64,000 bases of DNA from the NCBI GenBank assembly GCA_044070495.1, contig JBIPSI010000015.1:1-64000 (forward strand). Direction: 5' to 3'. Below the pieces are notes generated by a model that saw nothing but the letters and a program-made list of their open reading frames with translations, searched no databases and was not told the DNA's origin. The position numbers and the translations under genes were made by a program. Positions 1 through 8,647 of the stretch are shown piece by piece (the first letter of the stretch is position 1; the number at the start of each line of letters is the position of its first letter). Source of the DNA: Spirulina sp. (GTDB lineage: Bacteria > Cyanobacteriota > Cyanobacteriia > Phormidesmidales > Phormidesmidaceae).

Positions 1-165
1 CAAATCCTACCTATCCCAGTATACCCCATAAAAGGTCAAATGTTATCACTGCGAGTCCCTAGTGATATTTCCCAACTACCCCTAAAACAGGTTCTATTTG
101 GGTCTGGTATTTATATTGTACAGCTAGAGTTTCAAAGTCCCTCTCCCCGTGGGAGAGGGATTTAG
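1..165 (+). pseudogene. thiO: Truncated fragment of glycine oxidase ThiO-like gene
   Basis: Frame 1 reads QILPIPVYPIKGQMLSLRVP..LPLKQVLFGSGIYIV, resembling the ThiO PxKGQM...YIVPR segment. It then runs into a hairpin repeat and stops at TAG 163-165. The 5' part lies outside the window. Confidence 0.6.
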
Positions 166-236
166 GGTGAGGGCCAACGTCGTTGCCAAAAGCGGGTTGC
201 TAGCGATGGAAGCCTTTGGCTTATCCCAAACTCAGG
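138..236. repeat. CCCTCTCCC-n-GGGAGAGGG hairpin repeat (cyanobacterial dispersed repeat), left flank of DGR
   Basis: Hairpin 138-160 followed by AGGGTGAGGG. CCCAAACTCAGG at 225-236 recurs at 3394-3405. Related copies lie at 3278-3366 and 21846-21881. Confidence 0.7.
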
Positions 237-273
237 CTACAGTAGTAACCCTGCTGAACCCAAACATTCCTCC

Positions 274-615
274 ATGCCCGACGAACTCCCCATCATCCAG
301 AAAACCTACGACCTGATTAAGTGGATGGTGCCCATCATCGACCGCCTACCCAAGACCCATCGCTTTACCCTGGGCAACCGCATCACCGAAGAACTCTACA
401 ATTTGCTCGATGGCCTCATCACCGCCCGCTACGCCCGGTCTGGCAAACTATCCGCCCTGCAAGCCCTGAACACTCGCCTACAGGTGCTGCGCTACCAGTG
501 CCGCCTGCTGCTAGACTTTCAGCTTATTTCCATCAAGCGCTACGAATATGCCCATCGACAAATCGATGACATCGGCAAAGACTTGGGTGGATGGATCAAA
601 CAGCAAACCGCATGA
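274..615 (+). CDS. avd: DGR accessory variability determinant (Avd, four-helix bundle)
   Basis: 113-aa basic helical protein ([11 protein letters not shown]...[12 protein letters not shown]...IGKDLGGW). Its stop overlaps the RT start (ATGA 612-615). Confidence 0.92.
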   Translation: MPDELPIIQKTYDLIKWMVPIIDRLPKTHRFTLGNRITEELYNLLDGLITARYARSGKLSALQALNTRLQVLRYQCRLLLDFQLISIKRYEYAHRQIDDIGKDLGGWIKQQTA

Positions 616-1748
616 AACGTTTTGGTAACCTTTGGCCCCAAATTATCGACTTTCAAAATTTGTGGCAGGCCGCCCGACAGGCCCAACGGGGCAAGCGCTT
701 TCGGCCCAATGTATTGGCCTTTAATCATCAGCTAGAGCAAAATCTGCTCCAGCTACAGCACGAACTACAAACCAAAACCTACCAACCTGGGGAATACCAT
801 ACCTTCGAGATTACCGACCCCAAGCCCCGGCTTATCTCCGCTGCGCCCTATCGAGACCGGGTGATTCACCATGCCCTGTGTAATGTGATTGTGCCCCTCA
901 TCGAGCGGTCATTTATCGACGACTCCTATGCCAATCGGATTGGGCGTGGCACCCATCGGGCCTTAAAACGAGCCGTTCACTTCGCCGGTTCGAGCCGCTA
1001 TGTGTTGCAGTGCGATGTTCAAAAATATTTCCCCAGTCTGGATCACAGCATTCTTAAAGCTCAGCTTAGGCAACGCATCAAATGCCGCGATACCCTCTGG
1101 CTGATCGACACCATCATCGACAACAGCAACCCCCAAACCAGCGCATTGACCTACTTCCCTGGCGATACGCTACTGACCCCCCTTGAACGCAGGGCAGGGC
1201 TACCCATCGGCAACCTCACCAGTCAGTTCTTTGCCAACGTCTACCTCAACGGGTTAGACCACTTCATCAAAGAGCAACTCCACATCCGCAAATACCTGCG
1301 CTATGTCGATGACTTTTTGCTGTTTGCAGAAGACCGGCAGCAACTCGTGGATGCCCGTGCTGCCATCAACACCTATCTGACCGAGCTACGGCTAAACCTG
1401 CACCCAGCTAAAACCCAGCTCTTTGAAACCCAGCATGGCCTTAACTTTGTTGGGTTTCGCCTTATGCCTATAGCTGGTGCCTACCCCCGCGAAGTTTATA
1501 TCCGCGTCCGCAACGACAACCTACAACGGGCCAGAAGGCGCTGCAAATACCTCCAGCAAGCGTATGCCAGCGGCGCTATCGACCTAAAACCCCTAGTACA
1601 ACGCTTACAAAGCTGGGAAGCCCACCTGATGCATGGCGATACCCACCGACTGCGACGGCGGATCTTTGACGAGTTGATCTTCCATCGAGAGGAGGCCGAA
1701 GGCAATCATCAGGAGACAGCAGCCAGGAGGTCAGAAAAGCCTGGTTGA
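612..1748 (+). CDS. DGR reverse transcriptase
   Basis: RT motifs [29 protein letters not shown] (DGR-type SQ motif) and RYVDD. Start ATG 612 is coupled to avd. Confidence 0.95.
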   Translation: MKRFGNLWPQIIDFQNLWQAARQAQRGKRFRPNVLAFNHQLEQNLLQLQHELQTKTYQPGEYHTFEITDPKPRLISAAPYRDRVIHHALCNVIVPLIERSFIDDSYANRIGRGTHRALKRAVHFAGSSRYVLQCDVQKYFPSLDHSILKAQLRQRIKCRDTLWLIDTIIDNSNPQTSALTYFPGDTLLTPLERRAGLPIGNLTSQFFANVYLNGLDHFIKEQLHIRKYLRYVDDFLLFAEDRQQLVDARAAINTYLTELRLNLHPAKTQLFETQHGLNFVGFRLMPIAGAYPREVYIRVRNDNLQRARRRCKYLQQAYASGAIDLKPLVQRLQSWEAHLMHGDTHRLRRRIFDELIFHREEAEGNHQETAARRSEKPG

Positions 1749-1870
1749 CTGACAAAACTTGCCAGAACCCAGATCCGTCGAAGGGTCAGGAGACCTGACC
1801 CCTACATGACCCTAATACGGTAGGGGCGCGGTTTCCGCGCCCGGTGCAGAATCTTTTGTCAGTCAACCAG
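1741..1870. mobile_element. MITE/REPIN-like element with 17-bp TIRs and a REP doublet
   Basis: CTGGTTGACTGACAAAA (1741-1757) and TTTTGTCAGTCAACCAG (1854-1870) form a perfect inverted repeat. Flanks CAGAAAAGC and CAGAAAAAC match 8/9. Two GTAG-type hairpins lie inside. Confidence 0.75.
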
Positions 1871-1941
1871 CAGAAAAACTCATCTCCTCCTAACACCTAA
1901 TTTCTGATCTCCTATATTCTTGAAAAGGGACAGGCAGCCAA

Positions 1942-2063
1942 ACGCGGCGGCTCTTGGAACAATAATCCCAGGAATTGCCGTTCCGCGTGTCGCAACAACA
2001 ATAACCCCGGCGACCGCAACAACAATATCGGTTTTCGAGTTGTTTGCGAGGCCCCAGCACTCT
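1942..2063 (+). ncRNA. DGR template repeat (TR)
   Basis: 122-nt AAC/AAT-rich copy of 2995-3116; internal mismatches to VR occur only at TR adenines. Confidence 0.95.
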
Positions 2064-2230
2064 TCTGAGCCAGAGTCGGCAGGTGGGAATCTGCCGAGCG
2101 TGCCAGCGAAGAGTCCAGACCTGTTCCAGCGATGCCCCGGCATCCAAAGATAAAACAGAGCCAGGGGGCTTAGTAGGGCTAGCCCGAACCTTCGCCTGGC
2201 TCACCCCTCGTCAGAAGGGCCTTATCGGTT

Positions 2231-3118
2231 ATGCAAAATCAGACAGCTCAAGTCGATTCGGTAACGGATCAGGCCAGTCAGGAGCACCTCAGCGCTATCC
2301 GGCGACCCCGTCGGGCGCAGTGCTTCACCGAACCCGCCATCAACCTTGATCTGATGCTCATCCCCGGCGGCACCTTCACCATGGGCTCCCCCCCTGAGGA
2401 GCTAGGGCGTTGGGATTACGAAGGGCCACAGCACGAAGTATCAATCCGCCCATTTCTGATGGGGCGCTACCCCATTACCCAGGCGCAATGGAAAGCCATT
2501 GCCGTCCGTAAAGATCTCAAGGTCAATGTCGATCTTGAGCCAGACCCATCTCGCTTTAAGGGCGACCACCACCCGGTTGAGCAGGTGAACTGGCATGAAG
2601 CAATGGAATTTTGTGATCGCCTCTCTCGCCTCACCAGCCACACCTACCGCCTACCCACCGAAGCCGAATGGGAATATGCCTGCCGGGCAGGTACCGAAAC
2701 CCCCTTCCACTTTGGCGAAACCATCACCACCGACCTGGCCAACTATTGTGGTGAAGACAGTGAGCGTGATCCTGAAAACTATCCTGGCCACTATGGCCGA
2801 GGGCCAAAGGGAATTTATCGCCAGACCACGACCCCGGTCAACCACTTTCACCCTGTCGCCAATGTCTTTGGCCTTTGCGATATGCACGGCAATGTGTGGG
2901 AATGGTGCCTAGACCACTGGCACGATAATTACGACGGGGCACCCACCGATGGCAGCGATTGGTTAACTGGCGATAAAGACGCAGCACGAGTGATACGCGG
3001 CGGCTCTTGGGACTATAGTCCCAGGAATTGCCGTTCCGCGTGTCGCTACTTCGATAACCCCGGCGTCCGCAACTACGGTATCGGTTTTCGAGTTGTTTGC
3101 GAGGCCCCAGGACTCTAA
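2231..3118 (+). CDS. DGR target protein, FGE-sulfatase (SUMF1-like, C-type lectin fold) domain
   Basis: Motifs IPGGTFTMGS, YPITQAQW, RLPTEAEWEYACRAG, DMHGNVWEWC and RGGSW...GFRVVC; the 3' end is the VR. Confidence 0.93.
   Translation: MQNQTAQVDSVTDQASQEHLSAIRRPRRAQCFTEPAINLDLMLIPGGTFTMGSPPEELGRWDYEGPQHEVSIRPFLMGRYPITQAQWKAIAVRKDLKVNVDLEPDPSRFKGDHHPVEQVNWHEAMEFCDRLSRLTSHTYRLPTEAEWEYACRAGTETPFHFGETITTDLANYCGEDSERDPENYPGHYGRGPKGIYRQTTTPVNHFHPVANVFGLCDMHGNVWEWCLDHWHDNYDGAPTDGSDWLTGDKDAARVIRGGSWDYSPRNCRSACRYFDNPGVRNYGIGFRVVCEAPGL
2995..3116 (+). repeat. DGR variable repeat (VR) with 3' IMH
   Basis: Aligns ungapped to TR with 11 A-to-N substitutions and one C/G difference near the 3' end. Confidence 0.95.
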
Positions 3119-3277
3119 TTTCCCTTTTCTCTTTTTCCCTCTTTCCCTCTATGCGAGCGAAGCGAGCTCGATTTTTTTTCTGGGTTAGGACTCCCTGGCC
3201 ACCACCAGCCCATACCCCCAACGAAACTAACAGAGCATGAAGTAAGGGCAGTCCAATGAATAAATCATCCAGACTGG

Positions 3278-3405
3278 CCCTCATCCCCCAACCCCTTCTC
3301 CCTAGGGAGAAGGGGAGCCGGATTCAGAACCCCTCTCCCTGAGGGAGAGGGGCAGGGGTGAGGGCTGCCAGGGCATAGGGCTACTGAATGTAACCCAAAC
3401 TCAGG
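3278..3405. repeat. Double-hairpin dispersed repeat, right flank of DGR
   Basis: CCCCTTCTCCCTAGGGAGAAGGGG and CCCCTCTCCCTGAGGGAGAGGGG hairpins, plus CCCAAACTCAGG shared with 225-236. Confidence 0.7.
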
Positions 3406-3503
3406 TTACGCTAGGGTGTTCTAGTACAAATCTTCTGCAGCTTCCAGTAAACCCCAGTACGGTCAAAGCCCTGTCATGACAGAGCCTCGGTCGTACTATC
3501 AAA

Positions 3504-3546
3504 ATGCCAGGAGGCGGGCTTGAACCGCCGACACGAGGATTTTCAG
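3504..3546 (-). repeat. att site (duplicated 3' half of tRNA-Phe)
   Basis: ATGCCAGGAGGCGGGCTTGAACCGCCGACACGAGGATTTTCAG, identical to 12769-12811. Confidence 0.95.
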
Positions 3547-3574
3547 CCCTTCTGGTATTAAGTATTTTTGAACT

Positions 3575-3901
3575 ATGGCGGAATACACCCTATCTGAAGT
3601 TTTTGGGGCAAATGCAACCCAGACGGCCACCGACCTGGTGATCAAAAAAGCAGACTTCCCCGGCCTGACGGCGGACGCGGCCAACACTGGAGAATCCCTG
3701 CTGGTGGCCCTGTTGCTGCACTGGCTAACCACCCTGACGGAGACTGCCAGAATTGCCGACGAAGCGAACCGCCAGATTGCCGTAACCAGTGCGGGGGTAG
3801 ATATCTACCAAGGCCCAACCAGGGATTATTTACGCCACTCCGTTGCGGTGATTCTCTACAACCCGTGGACTATCCCCACGATTGACCCGGATGATTACTA
3901 A
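3575..3901 (+). CDS. Hypothetical protein, first gene of putative structural operon
   Basis: 108-aa acidic, Ala/Thr-rich ORF; its stop overlaps the next ATG. Confidence 0.8.
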   Translation: MAEYTLSEVFGANATQTATDLVIKKADFPGLTADAANTGESLLVALLLHWLTTLTETARIADEANRQIAVTSAGVDIYQGPTRDYLRHSVAVILYNPWTIPTIDPDDY

Positions 3902-5643
3902 TGAGTTGCAAGTGTGGGAGTGAGCGCAAACAGAATCTCCCTTATCAGGCTGTCAAAATTTATGGAAACGATTTTATTCCCGTCAATTCAAACCTATTAG
4001 GGATAATTCTGGCTAGGCTCGGATTGAGAAGGGGGGCGAAAAGTTTTGCCAACAATCAAATAGATAATGCTTTGTCAATGCCTTATCTATTTGAGGACTC
4101 AATCTCTTTTTGCTCCTCCCCCGCAAGCGCCTGGTATGATCGCGCCACTCAATTCGGCTCGTTGATCAATCAATCCTATAACCAGGTTGTTGATATGCGC
4201 TGGCAGCAATTTTGCCAGTGCAAGGCGTGTCCTCCGCCGCCCGGTTGTGAGCTTCCGTTTACTGGGGGCCAGTGCGCTGGAATTTATATCTGCGAACTGT
4301 GGGATGAGGGGAGAAAAAGTTCCATTGAGATGTGGGGGCCAATCGGGGGCGTTTCCCCTGGGTCGCATTCTTGGCGGCCAGAGGGAGCATGGGGATTTAA
4401 AACCAATAATTTGCTCTACTACAATCCGCCCAGAGTTTTAGTTCCTTATCCCCCCATTTCGATAAATAAATCTGTTAGTGCCGTAGTTCGGAAAAAAACA
4501 GGAGTAGACAACTGCGGAAATCTAACCCTTCCGCCAGAGTGCTACCCGCCGCCGCCGCCGCCGCCGCCCCCCAAGCCCCCCGCCCGACCTAGACCAACGG
4601 AGGATCCAGACGTGAGAATCATCGTTGTTTGCGGCCCCCAAGGGCCACCGGGGCCACCCGGCCCCCCTGGTGCAAATGGTGCCCGTGGCGAGCGCGGCCA
4701 GGTGGGTGCCCGTGGGGAGAAAGGTGCCCGTGGCGAGCGCGGCCAGGTGGGTGCCCGTGGGGAGAAAGGTGATCGTGGCGAGCGCGGCCAGGTGGGTGCC
4801 CGTGGGGAGAAAGGTGATCGTGGCCCCCGTGGCCCGATGGGTTTTCCCGGCATTCCTATCCCGTTGCCGGGGCCGCCCGGTCTGCCAGGTTTGCCAGGTC
4901 TGCCCGGATTGCCGGGTAAGCCTGGGCCACGCGGCCCCGCTGGGCCTGCGCCTGTGCTGAGTGTGGGCTCCATTACGCCGCTAGAGCCAGGGGAACCGCC
5001 ACGGGTGCAAGTCGTGGCCCAAGGCCAAGGCCGCTACAGATTAGATTTCTGGTTACCAGAGGGGGCCAATGTGGAAATAAACGGAGAGCTGACGCTGATT
5101 GATTGTGTGGGTGAAGAAACCAAGGTGCCCTATGAGGATATGAATTCCTTTGGCGATGCGGTGGGTCAAGCCCTGCTGAATCTGATGAAGCGGCCCTGCT
5201 CTACGGAACTGGCTGTCCCTGAAACCTTCAATCTCAAGAAGTCGATCACGGTGGATCAACTGGTGATTGTGACTAAGCCCACGGTAGGCGGAATGCCGAC
5301 CTACAGGCGTAGTTTCACCATCCCCCACCCCCGCTATACCTCCCAAAAAGACATTAGCCGAATCAAGCGGTTTAGCTATCGGCGGGGCAGTTTTCAGGCC
5401 ACGATTCAGTTGTCGGATAATTCCTGCTGTGTGCTGAATTGCTACAGCAGGGCAGAGGCGAAACGGGTTGCTCAATATGTGCTTTCGCTGATGCAGAGTG
5501 CCTGGGCGAGAGAGGCAGTCATCAAGATTACCGAGAAGATTGGGATGGAAATAGACCCCGTTCCAGTCGAATTTCATGTTGCTAAGTATTACGGGAATAG
5601 CGACGGTCGATTCTTGCCCGTGTGGTCACTGAAGATCCCTTAA
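3901..5643 (+). CDS. Collagen-like (G-X-Y) protein, putative fibre/adhesin
   Basis: Cys-rich N-terminus, poly-Pro hinge, ~100 aa of G-X-Y repeats (three 45-bp [19 protein letters not shown] units at 4678-4812) and a globular basic C-terminal domain. Confidence 0.85.
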   Translation: MSCKCGSERKQNLPYQAVKIYGNDFIPVNSNLLGIILARLGLRRGAKSFANNQIDNALSMPYLFEDSISFCSSPASAWYDRATQFGSLINQSYNQVVDMRWQQFCQCKACPPPPGCELPFTGGQCAGIYICELWDEGRKSSIEMWGPIGGVSPGSHSWRPEGAWGFKTNNLLYYNPPRVLVPYPPISINKSVSAVVRKKTGVDNCGNLTLPPECYPPPPPPPPPKPPARPRPTEDPDVRIIVVCGPQGPPGPPGPPGANGARGERGQVGARGEKGARGERGQVGARGEKGDRGERGQVGARGEKGDRGPRGPMGFPGIPIPLPGPPGLPGLPGLPGLPGKPGPRGPAGPAPVLSVGSITPLEPGEPPRVQVVAQGQGRYRLDFWLPEGANVEINGELTLIDCVGEETKVPYEDMNSFGDAVGQALLNLMKRPCSTELAVPETFNLKKSITVDQLVIVTKPTVGGMPTYRRSFTIPHPRYTSQKDISRIKRFSYRRGSFQATIQLSDNSCCVLNCYSRAEAKRVAQYVLSLMQSAWAREAVIKITEKIGMEIDPVPVEFHVAKYYGNSDGRFLPVWSLKIP

Positions 5644-5747
5644 TCTGTTTTGGGTCTTAAACCCCAAAACGAGAACCTAGAAAAATGCCCCCAGAAACCT
5701 GTCTTTCTGGGATATAACGGGATTGTCTTTACTGAGAGAACCCCGTT

Positions 5748-5981
5748 ATGGCTGCTCCTGTCGCTTCTACTGCCACTTCAATTGAAGCCCAAGCTTTAGA
5801 AATCTCCACCGCTCTGAATGAGCTTGAAAAAGCCCAGTCTACCGATTTGGCCCCCCTCCAAAATGTTTCCATCGACCTGGACGCAGAAAACGGGCTGGCG
5901 AATATCACGATGTCCATCCCTGTGACTGTGACTGCCACCGCTACCGGGTTTTCCGTAGCCGCTGCCCCTTACCTGGCCTAG
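5748..5981 (+). CDS. Small acidic Ala/Thr-rich protein, candidate major virion protein
   Basis: 77-aa ORF preceded by GAGAG and followed by a terminator; function is inferred. Confidence 0.7.
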   Translation: MAAPVASTATSIEAQALEISTALNELEKAQSTDLAPLQNVSIDLDAENGLANITMSIPVTVTATATGFSVAAAPYLA

Positions 5982-6005
5982 TCCTAATCTGGGTCGTTGA
6001 TAGCA

Positions 6006-6038
6006 TGGCCCCGCTGCTAGGGGCCACCCGTTTTTTTT
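6006..6038 (+). terminator. Intrinsic terminator after the 77-aa gene
   Basis: TGGCCCC-7nt-GGGGCCA stem, then CCCG and T8. Confidence 0.7.
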
Positions 6039-6055
6039 AGTTTGAGGAACAGGCT

Positions 6056-6460
6056 ATGGGAACTGAACAGATTCGGTTAATCTCCGATGATATTGGAGGG
6101 GTAAAGCTTCGCTTTTCTGGGGCTAAGTACTTCTATGGAAACTCGAAAGTTTCAAAGATTATCGGGATTAACAAACTGACTGACCGCGACAACGCCAAGA
6201 ACAAGCTGAAAATGAAAACCCAGGACTATAAAAAGTACCTGGTACGCTTGACGGCCCTCTGCTCGGGCCAAGTCCTGGGCGGCGTTGGGACTGACCAATC
6301 GCAACGAGAAAACCAATTCCGAATCAATTTCTATTGCCACCCTGATCGGGCGGACAATGCGATTCTGGAATTGCCTGGGGTCAATGTTGACCGTGGGGCG
6401 GGAATTGGTAGCCTCAAAATCAATGAGGTCTATCGGCCCCGGAAGGTCAACTACGTCTAA
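6056..6460 (+). CDS. Basic hypothetical protein
   Basis: 134-aa Lys/Arg-rich ORF with a GAGGA ribosome-binding site; its stop overlaps the next start. Confidence 0.75.
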   Translation: MGTEQIRLISDDIGGVKLRFSGAKYFYGNSKVSKIIGINKLTDRDNAKNKLKMKTQDYKKYLVRLTALCSGQVLGGVGTDQSQRENQFRINFYCHPDRADNAILELPGVNVDRGAGIGSLKINEVYRPRKVNYV

Positions 6461-6645
6461 TGGTTTGGCGACCGCTGCTCACTCGGCCTGTTTTGGGCAC
6501 TCAGCAGGCCGTGAGTTTATCGCCCAAAGAGTGGGGCCGCCGCAATGGCTATTCGCCTAGCGGCGTGCTCTACTTGATTCGCTCGAACAAGCTCTACGCT
6601 TTTCGGCACGCGGGCCGCTGGTATATCCCGGTGAAAATGTTGTGA
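6460..6645 (+). CDS. Small winged-HTH (excisionase/AlpA-like) protein
   Basis: LSPKEWGRRNGYSPSGVLYLIRSNKLYAFRHAGRWYIP matches the HTH_17/Xis pattern. Confidence 0.7.
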   Translation: MVWRPLLTRPVLGTQQAVSLSPKEWGRRNGYSPSGVLYLIRSNKLYAFRHAGRWYIPVKML

Positions 6646-6974
6646 CCGACCAATGGCGATACATCGGAATGCTGGTTTTCCGCAAGGATGGGCCAAGGGA
6701 AGATCGGGTTTTTCCCCTGGTGATTGAGTCGCCTGTGGTGCGGGTGGAGGTTTCGCCTATGGTGCCGTGGTCGGAGTGGCCGGACTGGTATCGGGCTGGG
6801 TGGATTAGCCAGGTGGCTCTATTTGGCGCTAAGCAACTCATCCTTCCCTCCCAAGTGGTGCCGATGATTGCCCCGGCTGCAATGCCCATGAACACCGACC
6901 GCCCCTACAAAATCCGGTTCGAGCCTGTGGGCTGGTTACCGCCCTGCCGGATATTTTTCTATTACCTGCTCTAG
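6642..6974 (+). CDS. Hypothetical protein (beta-rich, Trp/Pro-rich)
   Basis: 110-aa ORF with a GTGA overlap to the previous gene. Confidence 0.65.
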   Translation: MTDQWRYIGMLVFRKDGPREDRVFPLVIESPVVRVEVSPMVPWSEWPDWYRAGWISQVALFGAKQLILPSQVVPMIAPAAMPMNTDRPYKIRFEPVGWLPPCRIFFYYLL

Positions 6975-6978
6975 GGCC

Positions 6979-7590
<612 letters not shown>

Positions 7591-7611
7591 CCTTAGCGTT
7601 TGGGCGGGGCG

Positions 7612-8001
7612 ATGAATAAGGGGCTGTGGGCATTGCTGGGGCTGATGGGCCTGGGCCTGGTGGGAATCGTGATTGAGGGGGGGGCTCACCCTCGGATTAC
7701 TACGATTGAGATGACTGGAGCAACGCCTTTATCAACACGCGAGCTGCAAATAACCTGTGCTCGGTTGCGAGCCGTCACGCTGTTCGATGTACCCGTTTCG
7801 ATATGGGATCTTGGCTCTACCCCTGGGAAATGCGCTGGAGTTGAAGATGAGGACGTTCTACCATTCCCGATCATGGGGCGAATCTTGCCGGACTGTCAGC
7901 ACCAGGGAGAGGGCCGCTACACCTGCCCCCCCAGTCGCGACCTTGAAAACTATTGGCGCTCTGAGAACAATTTGCCGTACATTCCACCAGAGACCCCATA
8001 A
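7612..8001 (+). CDS. Membrane-anchored/exported hypothetical protein
   Basis: N-terminal MNKGLWALLGLMGLGLVGIVI hydrophobic segment and four Cys residues. Confidence 0.65.
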   Translation: MNKGLWALLGLMGLGLVGIVIEGGAHPRITTIEMTGATPLSTRELQITCARLRAVTLFDVPVSIWDLGSTPGKCAGVEDEDVLPFPIMGRILPDCQHQGEGRYTCPPSRDLENYWRSENNLPYIPPETP

Positions 8002-8009
8002 AAAACCCC

Positions 8010-8055
8010 AACACAACAAAGCCCCCAGGCCATGGCCTGGGGGCTTTGTTGTGTT
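8010..8055. terminator. Perfect 46-bp palindrome, probable bidirectional terminator
   Basis: AACACAACAAAGCCCCCAGGCC-AT-GGCCTGGGGGCTTTGTTGTGTT between convergent genes. Confidence 0.75.
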
Positions 8056-8065
8056 TTGGGCTGGG

Positions 8066-8416
8066 CTAGTCGTCCTGGGCTTCCTGGTCTGCGAGCTGCT
8101 GGAGCTGCCTCAGGTTTTCCAGTTGTTTTTCATATTTCTCCTCAGCCCTTTGATACAAAGCGATGCACTCCCGTGCTTCGCTCAACTGGTCTTCCACCTG
8201 GGAGATCAGTTGAGCGACGATTCCCCCAAAGAGGCTGTTAGGCCCACCTCCCCACGCCCCAACCTCTCTAGCAACTCTGCCACAGAGATACTCAGGCTCT
8301 CCGCCGCTGTCTCCAGGCCGTCCTTGGCTGATGGTGTGACCCTCGCCCGAACCCAGGCCGTTTTTAGTTCCCCGTACTTCCCGTGCTCTGTCTTTGGTCT
8401 TCCCATGGCTTGTCAT
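8066..8416 (-). CDS. ORF with C-terminal coiled coil, overlapping the RHH gene in the -1 frame
   Basis: GGGGAG ribosome-binding site 6 nt before ATG 8416; the C-terminus GGIVAQLISQVEDQL...QLQQL has heptad character. Confidence 0.55.
   Translation of the reverse strand: MTSHGKTKDRAREVRGTKNGLGSGEGHTISQGRPGDSGGEPEYLCGRVAREVGAWGGGPNSLFGGIVAQLISQVEDQLSEARECIALYQRAEEKYEKQLENLRQLQQLADQEAQDD
8206..8406 (-). CDS. Ribbon-helix-helix (CopG-like) regulator
   Basis: MGRPK start, then a strand-helix-helix pattern (VRARVTPSAKDGLETAAESLSISVAELLERL); divergent from the replication operon. Confidence 0.65.
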   Translation of the reverse strand: MGRPKTEHGKYGELKTAWVRARVTPSAKDGLETAAESLSISVAELLERLGRGEVGLTASLGESSLN

Positions 8417-8429
8417 AGATAACTCCCCT

Positions 8430-8506
8430 AGATTGTATCCCTAATCGAAATGACAGATTACTGCAACAATCTTAGCCTCTCACTCACATTTGGGATACAA
8501 TCTTAG
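8430..8506. promoter_or_regulatory. Divergent promoter/operator region
   Basis: 12-bp inverted repeat AGATTGTATCCC (8430-8441) / GGGATACAATCT (8492-8503), each arm containing a TACAAT -10 box. A third ACAATCTTAG lies at 8466-8475. Confidence 0.6.
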
Positions 8507-8558
8507 GCGTAACAGATACCTCTGAGAGCGTGCCGGGTTAATCTCCCCCGGCTTTCTT

Positions 8559-8628
8559 GGGCGGCAGGGATGGTGTGGGGACAGCCTAGGGCACCACATC
8601 GCGGGTTCGACTCCCGCAACGCCCACCA
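8559..8628 (+). ncRNA. tRNA-like RNA (T-arm, acceptor stem, CCA; no canonical D/anticodon arms)
   Basis: T-arm GCGGG-TTCGACT-CCCGC (8601-8617); 5' GGGCG pairs with CGCCC (8620-8624), followed by A-CCA. Confidence 0.6.
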
Positions 8629-8647
8629 AACTCTCTAGGAGATACCC

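Noticed and set aside
612..1748. RT as group II intron, retron or CRISPR-associated RT
   Set aside because: The adjacent avd, the TR/VR pair and the IGNLTSQ motif identify a DGR; no maturase domain, msr-msd or cas genes are seen.
1920..2153. ORFs overlapping TR (77, 87, 101 and 104 aa)
   Set aside because: They are incidental frames over the non-coding template repeat and spacer.
3504..3546. Second tRNA-Phe gene
   Set aside because: Only the 3' half is present; it is the att duplication.
3901..5643. Collagen fibre as a second DGR target
   Set aside because: I found no TR-like sequence in it, and the DGR lies outside the att sites.
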